Origin: Spirogloea muscicola
Taxonomy: Eukaryota
DNA length: 64,000 nucleotides
Assembly (NCBI GenBank): GCA_009602725.1
Contig: WELB01000018.1
Location: 177,802 to 241,801 of the forward strand
Direction: 5' to 3'
The notes beneath the pieces were generated by a model, which saw only the letters and a program-made list of their open reading frames with translations, was not told the DNA's origin and made no database searches. A program made the position numbers and the translations under genes. Below are positions 23,701-37,902 of the stretch, piece after piece; position 1 is the stretch's first letter, and each line of letters opens with the position of its first letter.

Positions 23701-25712
23701 CCATAATGATGCCCTGTACGAGCAAGCCTGAGGCTTGCAGGAGCTGCAGAGATGGGGTTGTGCTTACTGCACTTCCTCCATGGTGAAGAAGCGGGCGGGC
23801 GGCCTCGGGCGCTTGCGCTTTGCATCTTCACGCTCTTCCTGGACAGAGATTGAACCCTCAGGCAGTTCATCAGGCAATGGTTTCACTAGTCCCCTTGGAG
23901 CTAGGTACATGTTGATGACAGCAAGGATCACAAGGTGAGTGCAGGCAAGCAGGTCAACGGGTGGAATGAAGTTGAGCGCTTACCAAGCGAGCAGCCAGGA
24001 GGTGCAAGTCCACTCGAGGTATCAACTTGATGGTCGCCTGCTGCGCGACCTCGTTGACATCAACAACCTGCGGAAAGAGGGACTCAGCATATCATCAATC
24101 GTGCTGAGGACGCGCAGCCTCCTACATTTCGGCCACTTGCGCTCCCTGCCATGTCCCTGCCTAAACCCTAAAGCCTAATGACAGGGCTGATCAAAGCAGA
24201 ATGGAAGTGCGTGCAAGGGCAGGGTGTGCCACACTGGAAAAACCTGAGCAAGGTCGCCTTTGTAGATGCCATTCTTGACACGGACCCACATATCGCGATC
24301 AATTTCCACGACCTTCTTGTCCACTGTCAAAACATCGGGCATCTCCTTGATTGGCACCAGATCAATCCTCCATGCATACAGCAACCGAAGGCCCTTGCAT
24401 GCCTGCAAATTCAGCGGCCCACCAAGGATGCCATGGCGCATTAGAGTGGACTGTGTGGTTGTGTTGGTGGGGGTAGGGGGGGGGCAGGCGAAGTGCAAGT
24501 GGCCAAGGAACTCAAGCGGCAGGAAAGGTTTTGGAGCCAAGAGCGCCAAGGACCAGACACCAACACGGAGGCCATACCTGGCGGACGTGGGACTCGCGCT
24601 CAGCCTCAACGTAGATGAAGCCCTTGAGGTCGTCCCGCGCAATCGCGGACTTGATGAGCAGCCGCTGGCCAGGGGTGTCCAGGTTGATGAACTTTTGCAT
24701 CAAGCTCACGACCGCCTCACGCTCGTGCCCTTGCTGCGCAGTACACAGCCACGCCCTGCTGCTTTTAGCATTCGGGTCAGTAAGCACAGTAGTGGGCTTA
24801 TTGTGTCACAACTGCAGCCACCATCGGCGCGTCTCAGACGCCCTGGCCTTGGAGTACAGTAGCGCGGCTGAGGACCAGGCAGTCTGCTACTGCCATTGAG
24901 CAGGCGGGCCTTTCCTCTCACACTGCCAGCTCGTCGGCTGCAGCAGCCCATGACCAACCCAGTGGCCGGCAGGCTGCTGCAGTATCGGTAGGCGATAAGC
25001 ACAGCGGATAATGGAAGCCGTTCCATAATGGGTTTTGGTATCATGGGCTGACCTTGCACCGTAGCATCCAGAGCTTGGGGTCCTTGACGTCCGGCAGGTT
25101 GGCTTGCTGCTCCACCTCGTTGGCCTCCCCCTCCTCGTACTCCTCGTACTCCTGCGGCGCGTACCGCTTCTGGATGTACGCCTCCAGGTCCTCGTCAGAC
25201 TGGGCCTCGTCCCCCATGAGCGGCGGCCGCGGGTGGCGGCCCGCCCGGGCGCCGGCGCCGCCATCGCGCCCGTCACCGTCCAGCTCCGTGCCCTCGTCGA
25301 TGATAAAACCTGCGCTCGGTGCATGGGCACTGGTTTAAGATTCTCACAATCGCCGCCTAGGTTCGAACCTCGGGGGCTGCACGAGCAGGGCAAAAGGGGG
25401 GGGCTGGCAGCCAAGGCCGGCGGCGGCGGTCTCCGCACCTTCCTCGCCCTCCTCCTCCTCCTCCTCCTCGTCGTCCTCCGCGACGTCCGCCTCCTCCTCG
25501 AAGAGCTCCGCGCCCGCGCGACGCTTGCGCTTGCGGCGGCCGCGGTCCTCCTCCTCCTCCTCCTCCTCGTCGTCCTCGTCCTCCTCCTCCTCCTCCTCCG
25601 CCTCCTCCTCCCCGTCCTCCTGGCCGCCATTCTCGCCCGCCGCCGCCGCCTCCTCCTCCTCCTCCCCTTCCTCCTCGTCCTCGTCGCGCGGCGCCGCCCT
25701 GCCGCGCTTCAT
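17716..25712 (-). CDS. SPT5: Transcription elongation factor SPT5 (many exons)
   Basis: Acidic N-terminus, then VEQQANLPDVKDPKLWM and an NGN domain (GHEREAVVSLMQKF..LKGFIYVEAERESHV). KOW motifs: WVRVKNGIYKGDLAQV, FIKGDVVEVVEGDL, FKIGDHVKVIAGQHDGTSG, VRIVDGPYK, VGKIVRIKAGPYKSYKGRV. TP-rich C-terminal repeats (PGTPGG..PMTPG) and final KOW (PKKGDRIRIMSGDLRGSYGKL). Confidence 0.96.
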
Positions 25713-26472
25713 CCTGCCGCTGCTGCACCCTCGGCCCTCGGGCCTCAGCCCCGCAGGCGCACACGGCGTCCACCGACGCCTCTCTCCTTGCTCGCGTTCG
25801 CGCCTCCCTCTGTCGCCCCGGCTCGCCCTGTCAGTCTGTCATCCGGCTCGCCGCCGCCGCCGCCACCGCCGCCGCCGGCCTCCGTCGGCGTGCCTGGTTA
25901 TGACCGCTACGGCGCTTGGTATGCGCCTGGCTGGCTTTTATCGGTTCTGGCTTGCCGTCTAGGGGACTGCTTTCTTCCATCTTTCCGGCCGCTAGTCTTT
26001 CTAACATGCGGCTACTAACTAGAGGGTACCAAGTGACCATCCTACATGGCCCTCGCTTAGTTACATGTGCGCGCTTTTTCGGCTTTTCGGTTGCGGCGTT
26101 CCGACGTGGTTAGCACGTTCGGAAGATCGCCTTGCTACGTTCAGCCGACGCACAGTCAGTATCCGGGCAGGCCCGAGCAGTTTGTGGCTGCCCGCCCGGA
26201 GAAGGCCGGGCAGCGCGGGAAGAAGAGCGGGCCCCCCCCGGGGCCCTGAGGGGCCCGGCGACGGAACAGGACGAGAACGGCCGTCGTTGCCGGGCGAAGG
26301 CTCAGTTTCCGTGGGCGAATGTTCCCGTGGCGGGGCGGCATCACTGCCCCCCCTGGCCCGAGCTCCAGGAGCGCCTCGGGCTGGGACGGAAATGCAAATA
26401 ATGACAATAATCAGTTCAAGCTCCAACGTTGCGCTGACGAGACGTCCCCCACCACCTCCCGTACTCTCGGCG

Positions 26473-26527
26473 ATGCGACCTCGGCACGGCCCGGACCACT
26501 CCGCCGCCTCCGCCGCCGCCGCCGCCT

Positions 26528-26558
<31 letters not shown>

Positions 26559-29500
26559 CGCTGCCGCAGCCGGCCTTCTCCACGGCCTCCAGCGCGTCCG
26601 CCGTGCGGGCGGCGTAGAAGCCTGGGNGCCGGCCACGCCGCCGCTGCCGCCGGCGGCTTCCGGTCGGAAGGCCGCTGGTCCCGGTGGCGGCGGCCGAGCG
26701 ATGCAAACCAAGTCCGCCGGCGGCGGCGGCGGCGGGGACGGCCTCGGCAATGCGCCGCTGAAGCGCGCCGCGTCTGCTTCGCCCGCCGTCCTGAGGGCCA
26801 GCATCGGCCTGCCGCCGATGCCAGCGGCTGGGAATGGCGAGACGACGCCGCTGCCATCGCAGCCCGCCGCCGACCACCATCCGGAGGCTGAGAGCCCTGC
26901 ATCTCCAGGGCCAGCCACGGCCGCGCCGGGCCCTCAGAGCGCCCCGTCTTCCCGTGTCCAGACTCTGGCGAGGCCGCCACTGAGGAATGCCGTCAAGCCG
27001 TCGGCTGCTCTTGTCGGGGGCATGTCGCGGATGGCACTCAGCGGCCAGCTGGTTCCGTCGCCTCCAACAATGGACGGGGATGACGAGGTGCCGGTGGTCA
27101 AGAAGCTCACGAAGCACATGTCGCTTGCGCCGCGGAGGCAGGAGCCGTTGCAGGGAGCTGCGGCGGCGGAGGCAGCGGCGCGTGACTTCGCGGCGTGGCT
27201 CGAGGACCAGCTGCAGTTCAGCAAGCGGCTGGAAGCGCCGCTCATGGCCAAGCAGGGATTCTTCGCGGGATGGAAGCCGCTGCGCGCGCTCGGCCGCATG
27301 GGCCAGCGGCGCTCCACCTGCACCTTCTCCCTGCACGTGCACGGCATCGAGGGCCTGCCCGCGGAGCTCAATGGCCGGCAGCTTCTCATTGAGTGGCGGC
27401 GGCGCGAGGTCGCCGCGCGCACTGCCCCGGCCACCATCATCAACGTCAGTGCTCTGCTCAGACCGAATGCCCTCTCGGCCGCACCCTGGGCTCATGCCAG
27501 ATTCCTTGACGACGTTATCGCTGTGCAAATGGCAGTTAGCATCATGCGCTGGTATGTCGTGCTCACAGGCTGTGTGCTGCTGCTGCAGGGCGTGGCGGAG
27601 GTGGAGCAGACGTTGCACCTCAAGTGCACGCTGTATGTCGGTGCAGGGCCCAACGAAACTTCCAAGTACACGCCCAAGTCGTCCACTCTGACGGTTGCGG
27701 CCCTCGAAAAAGGCACCAGCATCGGCTCCGGGCGCGAGACAGTGCTTGGGCGCCACAAGCTGGACCTCAGCCGCGTGCTGCCAACCAAGCTCAATGGGGC
27801 GGCTGGTGATGCGTCACCGTGGACCACATCCTTCCCGCTGGACCGCGTGGCGAACCGCGAGGCATCAGACCTGCTCGTGACATTCGGATACGAGGTACAG
27901 ATGCCGCGTGGTGGCGGCACACGGGCTGCGCGCGTGTCGAGCCGCGTCTTCAATCGCGCAGCTTCACGGCCGGAGACGCCCGGGCGTGACAGCCCTGGCC
28001 CCACTGGCTTGGTGGCTGCCGGCGGCGCTGCTGCTACGGCTGCTGATGAGGCTGGCCTAGCTGCTGGAGCCACAAAGAGCGCGGAGACGGCCAATGATGA
28101 CGATCAAGAGGTGGATGGCAATGTCAAAAGTGCGGATGCTGATGCCAATGGTGGCGCGGTGGAGGACGTGCCTCTGATGGACATTGTGTTGGAGGAAGTC
28201 AGCAAGGTGGAGGAGGAGGAGGAGGAGGAGGAAGGGCAGGAGAAGGAAGAGGAGGAGGACAGCGAGGAGGAGGAAGAGTCAGCAGCCACAGTGGCAGCAG
28301 TGGATGGGGGCGATGGTGAGGTGCAAGTGGCCGAGGAGACGCCGGTAGCAGGGCTGCAGGGACAAGCTGGCGAAGATGTTGACGAGGATGACGAAGGCGA
28401 GTCTGCGGAGGATGGCGAGGATGATGATGAGGAGGGCGAGGACGAGGATGAAGAAGGGGACGAGGACGAGGTGGAGAGCATGGTTGACGAAGAGGCAGAG
28501 GCGTATAGTGACAGCGCCACTGCTCTCGCTGGAGAAACAGCCGCCGTAGATGGTGATGCCAATGGCAGCAGCTCGCCCCTCCTACCGACGCAGGCACAGA
28601 AGCCAAAGGCCGGCCTTAAGTCCAGCGGGGGCAAGCCAGAGGTGGGCGGCGGCGAGACATTGGCACTGCCAAAGAAGGGCAAGGAGAGCAAGCTCGTGAA
28701 GAAGAAATCAAAGCGTGCATCAGTGGCCAGCGCCGACGACGTCACAGTCGTCGATAGTACAGATGGTGGCGTTGGTGGTGGCGAAGTGGCGGGTGGCGTC
28801 GTCAGGAAGAGCAGGAGAAGCAAGAAGGGCAAAAGCAAGGGCACATCCAAAGCTGCTGAGGCAGCAGCTGCCGGTATTGCACCAGCAGTTGATGAGGCCA
28901 GCCTGAAAGGAGGCCGTACCAGTGAAGGAGGGGATGTCACTGGTGTAGCTGCCGAGACCATTGACAACGTCGAGCAGCCGTTGTCTGAGGACGCTGTTCA
29001 GTCCGACAATGGCAGAGCGTTGTCAGCTGCCGTTGATGAATCGCTTCCAGTCAAGGGCACTACCAAGGCGGCTCCGGTAAGTGACGATGCTGTGGACGGA
29101 GAAGAGCCGCGAGATGCGGTTGCTGACATTGATGAGGCGGGTCTGGAGGAAGCAGGCAGTGGACAGGCGCAGCAGGCAGCACCAAGGAGCCGCGTGGCCA
29201 TGGCGATGGCGGGGCTGACGGCAGTAGGCGGCGCTGTAGCAGCGGCCATGGGGAGCATGGCGGCGGGAGGAGCCGCTGCTGGAGGCGCGGCGGCTGCGAG
29301 CGCCGCTGGTGCTGCAGGGGCTGCTGCGGCTGTTGCTGGGGCAGCGGCACTGGCTCCCATTGCGGTTGGCGGGTTAGCCGTGGCCGGCGTTGGAGTTGGT
29401 GCAATGGCCGTCGGCAGCAAGCTGTACAGCATGCGGAATGCGGCAGCTGCACAGCCAGTGGTAGAGGAGGGCGCCTCTGCAAGCGAGTCGTCGGCAACTG

Positions 29501-32500
29501 TGCTGTCCGGTGTGACATCAGAGCACGGCGGCGAGCTCTCTGTCAGCAAGGCCGGCGGCGAGGTAGACGGCCCGCTGCCAGCGGCAGCTGCAGATATGGA
29601 CGAGGACGAGTTCCTGGGCATGCTAGAGGAGGCGAGCCGGGGGCCCCACTCCGGCGCGCCTGCTGATACCAGCTCTGCAAGGGACTCGTTCTCGTATGAG
29701 CGCCAGGACGGCAGCAGCGGTCAGTGGGAAGGCCATGCCTCGCGTGGTGTGCTGCTGAGCCGATTTGAGGAGGCCGCCGCTGGTGTTGGCGAGGACGGCG
29801 GCGACGGCGGCGGTGAATATGAGGGAGGCTGGGAGGACGAGGACACCGAGCTGGCGCGCATGCTGGAGATGGCAGAGGAGGAGCACCGGCGCGCCGGCAT
29901 CCTGGAGCGCAGCCGCTCGCGCGCCAAGGCAATAGAGGACGAGGAGACTGAGGCGCTGATGTTGGTGCGTGCAAGCTCTCAATCTGCTGTCTGATGTGCT
30001 GGAGCTCCTTCTGCTGTGTTCATGAGTGGGACTGCTTGGGGCTGATGCAACGGCCTGACTTCAATGCTGTCTGTGCTGCGGCCTACGCTAGGCCATGGGC
30101 ATGGACCGCAGGTCGATTGACGGCCTTGGAGAGGAGGGCCGGCGTGCGGTGCTGGGGGGCAAGCTCGCTGTGGACACCACGCTCGCGCGGCTGGAGGCGC
30201 TACAGCCGCCTGCGCTGGCCGATGGTGTGGGCTCAGCGGTGCAGATTCGTGATGGCGGCGTGCTGCGCTCCATGGCGCCGCGCCACTTTGACCCGACAAC
30301 TGGCCGCCTTGTCATGCAGGTGTGCTTGAAGTTGCCAACGCTGAGTTTTGATGGCCCTAAATCAATCAGGGTGTCATGCTTGTCTTTAGTACAAGTGTGT
30401 TGTGTGCTGAATGGGCAATGATGTCATGACCATATTGCAAAATGTGTATCTCATCTGAAGTCATCTAAGAGTTCTTCAGAGGGCTTATATGGTATATGCT
30501 GACTCTGTCCGTCAGAAGCAGCATCACATGTGAGGGTCCGCTTACGCTCTCCATTCACGCTTTCCATGACATGGTCACAGGTATCAAAGCCGGTGGTGGT
30601 GCCCAAGGAGTTGGGGTCCTCCGCAATGGAGATAATACACCGGATGGCGGGCGTGGGCGCCGAAACAATGACGCTGCAGGCCATGGCGGCGATGCCGCTT
30701 GAGGACATTGGCGGCAAGTCGGTGCAGCAGATCCAGGCGGAGGGCCTGGCTCTGGAGGGCAGCCCATCTCCTCTCGCGCTGCCAGCCAGCCATGCCAGGT
30801 GAGGGAGCAAAGCATTGCAACAATGGCTTCCATTTGACTGCGGCGACCTGTGCACGGTGCTGAAAGTGGTTTGCTGTCGCAGGCTCGCTCTTGAGGCCAA
30901 CGGGGCAGGCTCGCAGCTCCGGCTGGAGGGGAGCAGCTGCAGTCCTGGAGGCAGTGGCGATGGTAGCGGAGCTCTCGTCCTGCGCCAGAATTATGGTCCG
31001 CTTGTGCCGCTGGCCGGCGGCGCTGCCACTGGCAGAGGTGCGGCAGCGGTCCCAATGGCAGCCAGCTCTCGTGAGGCGCTGCATGAGAAAGCACGCCAGA
31101 TTGTGCTGCGACAGCAGGGCCGCGCCCTTGTACCGCACGGGAGCCGCGCTGCAGCCGCATCACCACGCAGCCAGCCAGATGCCGGCCAGCTTGTGAGGCG
31201 CTTGTCAGGCGGCAGCCTGGCGACTGTACGACCTTCCACCCTTAGCGGCAGCCATGGCACGTCAGCACTCCAGACGGCAACCGGCGCGGGCCCTCCCGCC
31301 ACTCCGGGGGAGCTGCCGGACGAGTTTGTGAGCCTCCAGGAACTTGCGCCGTTGGCGATGCAGGTGAGCAGCGCCACGAGCCTCACGACAAGGCCATTGG
31401 CTTGGCACGGCTTTTTGCCAAGTGCAACCTGCTCTCGGCAGCATGCTACCTTCAAAAGCTTGATTGCAGAGAGTTGTTGACAGCCTATTTGATGTGCTAT
31501 AATCTGGTTGACGGTTGGCTAATGCTTCTGACAACCCGTACTCTGGTCCCCTCTGGACGCCTTCCACTGGCCAGACAATCGAGTACCTAGCTATGGAGGG
31601 CCTGAAAATCCAGGCGGGGTATGCTGAGGAGGACGCGCCATGCACAGTGGAGGCGTTGTCATGGGGCGACACCAAGGCCCTTGAAGGCCCCTATGGTTGC
31701 AAGCGAGTACGCTCCAGCTTAATAGCGTATGCAGAGATGCTGCATGTGAAGCAAAGGCCGGTTTGTTTGGCTTCCACTCAACCCCAGGATATTTAGTTCC
31801 ATTGCTTTAAGCGATGTCCAACATGACAGATAATCTCTACGTTATCCTACTGGTCATTCTTGCTGACGTGTCTTTATGGGAGTCGCGGTGACTTGCTCGG
31901 CAGGGCACCAAGGTTGAAATGCTGGGCGGCGCAGCAACAGTGCACTTGCTGGAGGGCCGCAAGGCAAGCGCGGCAGATCGTCCCAGAGTGGACGAGGAGC
32001 GGCAGCACAACAGCGACGAGGTCGACGCGACGGCTGCTGCGGCTGCGGATGACAAGGACCTGATGAGCATGGCCATCTCGCTGGATGAGTGGACCCGGCT
32101 TGATGCTGGCGTCTTTGACAACGAGAGCACAGCCGATGTAAGGCAGCTGCCTGCTTTCACTCCTCAGTGTCAGCTCATGCTCTAGCTCGCTTCCGCCGTC
32201 TTCAGGTCCACAGTGTAAGCTTTTGGGCAAGCTCCCAGTCATTGGTCTAGTACACTTGCTCAAAGGCTTATCCTGGACTTTATGCCACAGGACACACTGG
32301 CAATATTGGCGGCGCATCAGGCGGTCCACAAGGACCTCATCATGGTGGACGATGGGCACGGCAAGAAGGCGCTGCAGGTCGTGGGGCAGGCGCCGCGAGG
32401 GGCGGTCACTACCGGCAAGAAGAAAAGCCGTGGCGGCAGTGGTGGTGATGGCAGCGGCGGCGTAATGGGCAACACCATCACGCTGGCCATGCTGGTGCAG

Positions 32501-33611
32501 CTGCGCGACCCGGCGCGCAACTATGAGCCCGTGGGCGCACCAATGATGGCGCTCGTGCAGGCGGAGCGCATGGTTGTGCCCAAGCCCGCCAAGTTGCAAC
32601 GTCGCATCTCCTACAAGGTCGGGCCTCTGCCCTGACCATGCTTCCTTTCTTGTGAACATACAGATGAGACATACCTCTGTAAGAGTTTTGACCTGGTTCA
32701 CATCCGAGCCCCTGCAGCATTGACCTTGGTGCCATATGTCAGGCACTTGCCAGAGGTGTCCGCCAGTCCGTGGGCTTGTAGCCTGTTGAGCAGGCTGCAC
32801 GGACTGGCAGACACCTCTGGCAAGTGCCTGACATATGGCGCCATGGTCAATGCTGCGGTGGCACAGATGCACCACAAATTGTCAGGCAGCTAGAAAGAAC
32901 CAGCTCCTTGCTGTAATTTCGGGCCGTGCTGAATGATCACTTTACTGAAGCATGTGGGCTCAAGGCCCTTTTGCATCTGCGTGTGGTAGCAAGCTGACCT
33001 TACGGCTGATGAGGCTGCAAAGAGCGATCTGTCGCGAGCACTCTGTCACGAGCTGTCTGAAGTTGGGGCTTGTGCTCATGAGTATTGAGTCTGAAGACTA
33101 TGTAAGGCCTGGAATATCATTAGGCGTGCTTAAACTCGGGATTGTATGGTTGCTCTGACACACTTGGGAGGTTCTCTTGTCGTTGGTGGGACTGTGGCAG
33201 GGCGATGCCGGGAGGGGGCAGGAATCGATGTCGACGGCGGCGGCGGCTGCGGGTGCCGCTGCAGAGGAGGATGAGCAGAAGAGCGAGGCGCGTTTCAAGA
33301 TCACAGGCATCCACATGACGGGCCTGCAGGCGGATAGCGGCGGCAAGCGGCGCATGTGGGGCACAGACAAGGCTAACCAGGCGGGGTCGCGGTGGCTGGC
33401 GGCCAACGGCATGGGCAAGGGGCGCGCACACCCGCTCCTCAAGACCAAGCCGCCGCCGTCGCGGGTGCGCGTGAAGCAGGGCGAGACGCTCTGGAGCATC
33501 AGCCAGCGCGTGCACGGGACAGGCACACGCTGGACCGAGGTTGCGGCTCTCAATCCGCACATACGCAACCCTGATGTGATCTTTGCTGACGAGAGCATCC
33601 GCATGCGATGA
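26473..33611 (+). CDS. PMIR: PLASTID MOVEMENT IMPAIRED1-RELATED protein (NT-C2 domain, C-terminal LysM-like domain); start codon uncertain (26392/26473/26701; N at 26627)
   Basis: WKPLRALGRMGQRRSTCTFSLHVHGIEGLP..GRHKLDLSRVLP (NT-C2). Also LADGVGSAVQIRDGGVLRSMAPRHF, VSKPVVVPKELGS, MPLEDIGGK, FVSLQELAPLAM..EYLAMEGLKIQAG, AISLDEWTRLDAG, GNTITLAMLVQLRDPARNYEPVGAPMMALVQAER, GSRWLAANGMGK, and QGETLWSISQRVHGTGTRWTEVAALNPHIRNPDVIF. Confidence 0.93.
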
Positions 33612-35255
33612 CCGGCGGTGCGCCGGCACTTGCCAGGCTCTTCCGCCAGTGTGACGAGTGCGCTATTGACTGCACATTCTGCAGTCTCTACCAAGTTGCA
33701 GAGACTGCAGAATCTTTTTACTATAGACTTGCCCTGGTGACATTAGTTATTGTAGAGTGCAGAACAGTGGGCGCAGCGCGTGCGCGCAAGAAGATAGAGT
33801 GCCTCGTGTGCGAGGCTGGGCCAAAGGGGGCTAGAATGGCAGACAAAGCAGGGGGAGGCGTACTTGGCAAGTCTTGACAGCCTGCCAAACAAAGGCAACT
33901 GCAAACATGCCCTCCCCTGCAATAGGAACTTGCCCTTGTTGTGATTGTACATACACTCACTCCAGATTGATTCTGCAGAGTGAGTGACGTGACATATCGT
34001 GTGTCTCCAGTGCTAACGTGATCTCAAGAGCGGCCAAAGTCAGAGAGACACTTCCCCTTGAACAAGCAGTCTTAAGCATGAGAAGAAGCCAATTGAGAAG
34101 AGCAGTCTAAACCATGAACCCTCAACCCTAGACCCTAACCCCAAACACCCGCATGTGTATGCATGGGTGTGGCTGTGGCACCGCACATGCCTGCAAGCCC
34201 ACCAGCAATCATTGTCTAAACCCACATTAATTGCACACTGCCTCAGGAAGCTGTGCTCCACCTCAGCTGCCCCTATAGACACCAAACATAAGAGACTGGC
34301 TGGAAAGCCCGACCCTGGTCAACTGGCAAAGTAGTAAGAGGTGCCTGGCTGCCTCTAGCTGGATGGAAGGAGTCTCGTGATGTGGTTAAATAAGCCACCC
34401 CTTGCTTGGACACGCGGCAACTGCCGCTTTGGTGACAGAGCAACGGTGCCGCTTCTGGTCTTGGACGAGCGACAGAGGCCCTGTATTCAGCAATGGAGAC
34501 CGACAATGTCACCCATCATGGGTCCAGTAGCAGCAAATCGGGTTATTGAGGCATTGTACGCTTCCTGGCCGGTTGTAGACGTTCTCATGTTTCGTATATT
34601 GAGTTTCTCCACACAGCCGGCAGGTAACTTCTGGCAGTGTGCAATGAAGTGGGGTTGCTTTTGTTTGCAGAGGAAGTCCAGCCTGCAAAATTAAATTCAC
34701 CTGCGCAAGCTAACACTCCATGCAGAATATAGAGGATAGAGAATAAGGAAATACAACACTGATGAAGCTGGTCAGCAGGCAGGTGATGCGTTGAGCACTC
34801 AACAAAGCTCCGCAGGCCATACATGCCAAAGCTGCCCAGATCTGCCAGAGCAAGAATCTTGCTAAAGCAGCTCAGGTAAAGATAGGATGTCCTTAAGACA
34901 GTTCAGATTGCTCAAATGAGCTAATCATAATGGATGACCCATCTGCTCATGACATTTATTCAATCATGCAGATGTTTGTAAAGCAAGCTTCTCTGCAGGA
35001 GGCAATGGCTGTGAGTGGCCATGAAGCTCAAGATGACCAGATTGTTAGTTTTATCCAGCGCACGTGGATATTTTGGAGAGTTGCCTTATCATTGAGCATG
35101 TACTGCAAGATATCCACAGCATCTAAGGTATCTGACAACTCTAATTTGCCGACAGAACATCCTTGTGAGAGCCTGTGTTCTGACGAGCAACAAGAGTGCA
35201 CTGTGATACACAGTGGCGGGACCAGAGGGGCAGCTTTAGCGAGCCAGGGACCGAA

Positions 35256-36825
35256 CTACACAGAGCTACCAAAACTAGCGCCACCCTTGCCACTGCCGCC
35301 GCCATGTTCGTCAAGAACAAGCTCCACGATCTCCACCGCAGCGGCCTTGAGGCTCTCAAGCTTGCTGGTGGGCATGAAGTCGTCAGCGAGCACAATGGAC
35401 GCACACGCCAGGCCCCACTTGGCCATCAGGAACTCGATCGACCGATGACTACTGCGAGCAGGCACCCACAGGCCACAAACGCAGATCTACATGAATGCCA
35501 TGTTGCCAGATTTCAATCTGATCACCTCCACTGGCTTCTGGCAGCATGCACTGGGTCTCTGGCCAAGCCAGAGTAACAGCTACACTACAGAGGCGGAAAC
35601 AGAGCTCCCTTGAGAGTGGAGGTGGGCTTTAAACCTCCTGAAGTATATAAAGGCCAAGACATACAACATTGCAATGAGGTTGTGCGTGGAAAACAAGGGG
35701 TGGCCCAGCATTTACGAAGGTGGAGTGTTCGGGTGTGTCTTATCAAGGGCCGGACCTGCGGTGCTGGTAGGCGATCATGGCGGCCGCGCCCGGCCTCGAG
35801 CCCAGCAGCAGGCGCAGCGTCACGAAGAAGTCCTCAAAGACTGGCAAGCACCAGCTGCTACTTGAGTCGATTTAGCAATACATGTTGATGAGCCTCACAG
35901 CTGACTCGGGCCTCTGGGACGCGTATCAGCCAGAATGTTTTACTGATAAGCATTTCAAAGCTTTCCCTGCACCACTTCACAATTGTAGACCCTAGTCGAA
36001 CTATAAGCCCTCATCATTTTCACACGCTGTTGGATTGATCTGCCTTTTGCTGCTGGTCTTCTGTAACAACGTCTAAGATGGCAGCACATCAATGGCAGCA
36101 GGGCAGTTCGATGTCGCAAAGCAAGGAGGTTGCTGGCAACAGCGGCAAAGACAGGGAACAACCCGCAGAGTCGTAGAGGACGTCGGCGGCCAGCACAATG
36201 TCAGGGGGCTCAGCGTCGTCCAGCGGGTCCCAGTGCCGCAGGCCCCAGGTCAGCGGTCGGACCTGCGGGCGCCGCGGCGGCCATCAATCAGCCGGCTGCC
36301 GGCGTCTTCTGGGATTTGCCTTGCCCTCTGGGCAGACAGTAGTCCCTTGGGTTTTCAGATGACAGCATTGGCTTTTGAATGCTAAGCCCTGAATCCCAAA
36401 CTCTTGGGCGTGACTCGCCGAGCGCTCTCGATACCTCGCAGCTGACGCTGTTGAGCGCGCACGAGGCGCGCAGGTTCTCCAAGACCTGCAGGAAGCAGCG
36501 GGCCGTCGCGTGTTCTCGTGAATCAGCTTCACGAGGTGCTTCATCAGGTACAAGTGAATCGAGTTGGCACACTCAAGGAAGAGTTACTCCATTCTTGCTT
36601 TTGAGAGCGGCTCAGGCTCACCGAGAGCATGCAGCAGCGGCAGCGCAGCACAGTCGCGGGCTGTAGGAATGATGGGTTTTAAGGCTTTGGGATTTAGGGG
36701 TTCAAGGGTTTGGGGTTTAAGGTGGTGGGCCTCGCCGCCGGCTGGTCGTGGCGGTCCGTGAGCGCCACGGCGGCCGCGCCGAGCTTCGCGGCCAGGATCC
36801 CGGGGAGGCCCGTGCCCGCGCCCAG
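35256..36825 (-). CDS. METTL23: METTL23-like seven-beta-strand protein methyltransferase (Methyltransf_16); 5' exon(s) in gap
   Basis: Exon 36825-36736 (LGAGTGLPGILAAKLGAAVALTD, SAM motif I), then VLENLRASCALN, VRPLTWG..PDIVLAADVLYDS, VFEDFFVTLRLLL..AYQHRS, and HRSIEFLMAKWGLAC..*. Not visible as one ORF in the track; assembled by eye. Confidence 0.85.
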
Positions 36826-36862
36826 CTGCCCGCCGCCGCCGCCGCCGAGTCAGTGCTGGCGG

Positions 36863-37902
<1,040 letters not shown>

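Noticed and set aside
25104..29982. Numerous antisense and alternative-frame ORFs over GC-rich exons (poly-Ser, poly-Leu, poly-Arg)
   Set aside because: Shadow ORFs expected from stop-poor GC-rich and (GAG)n/(GCC)n coding sequence; no domain signal.
26065..29994. Single 1309-aa ORF as a complete gene
   Set aside because: It reads through promoter/UTR sequence and an in-frame intron and ends inside the next intron. The real gene continues to 33611.
34030..35200. Possible extra minus-strand exons downstream of the METTL23-like gene
   Set aside because: Short exon-like segments with no recognisable product or consistent splice path.
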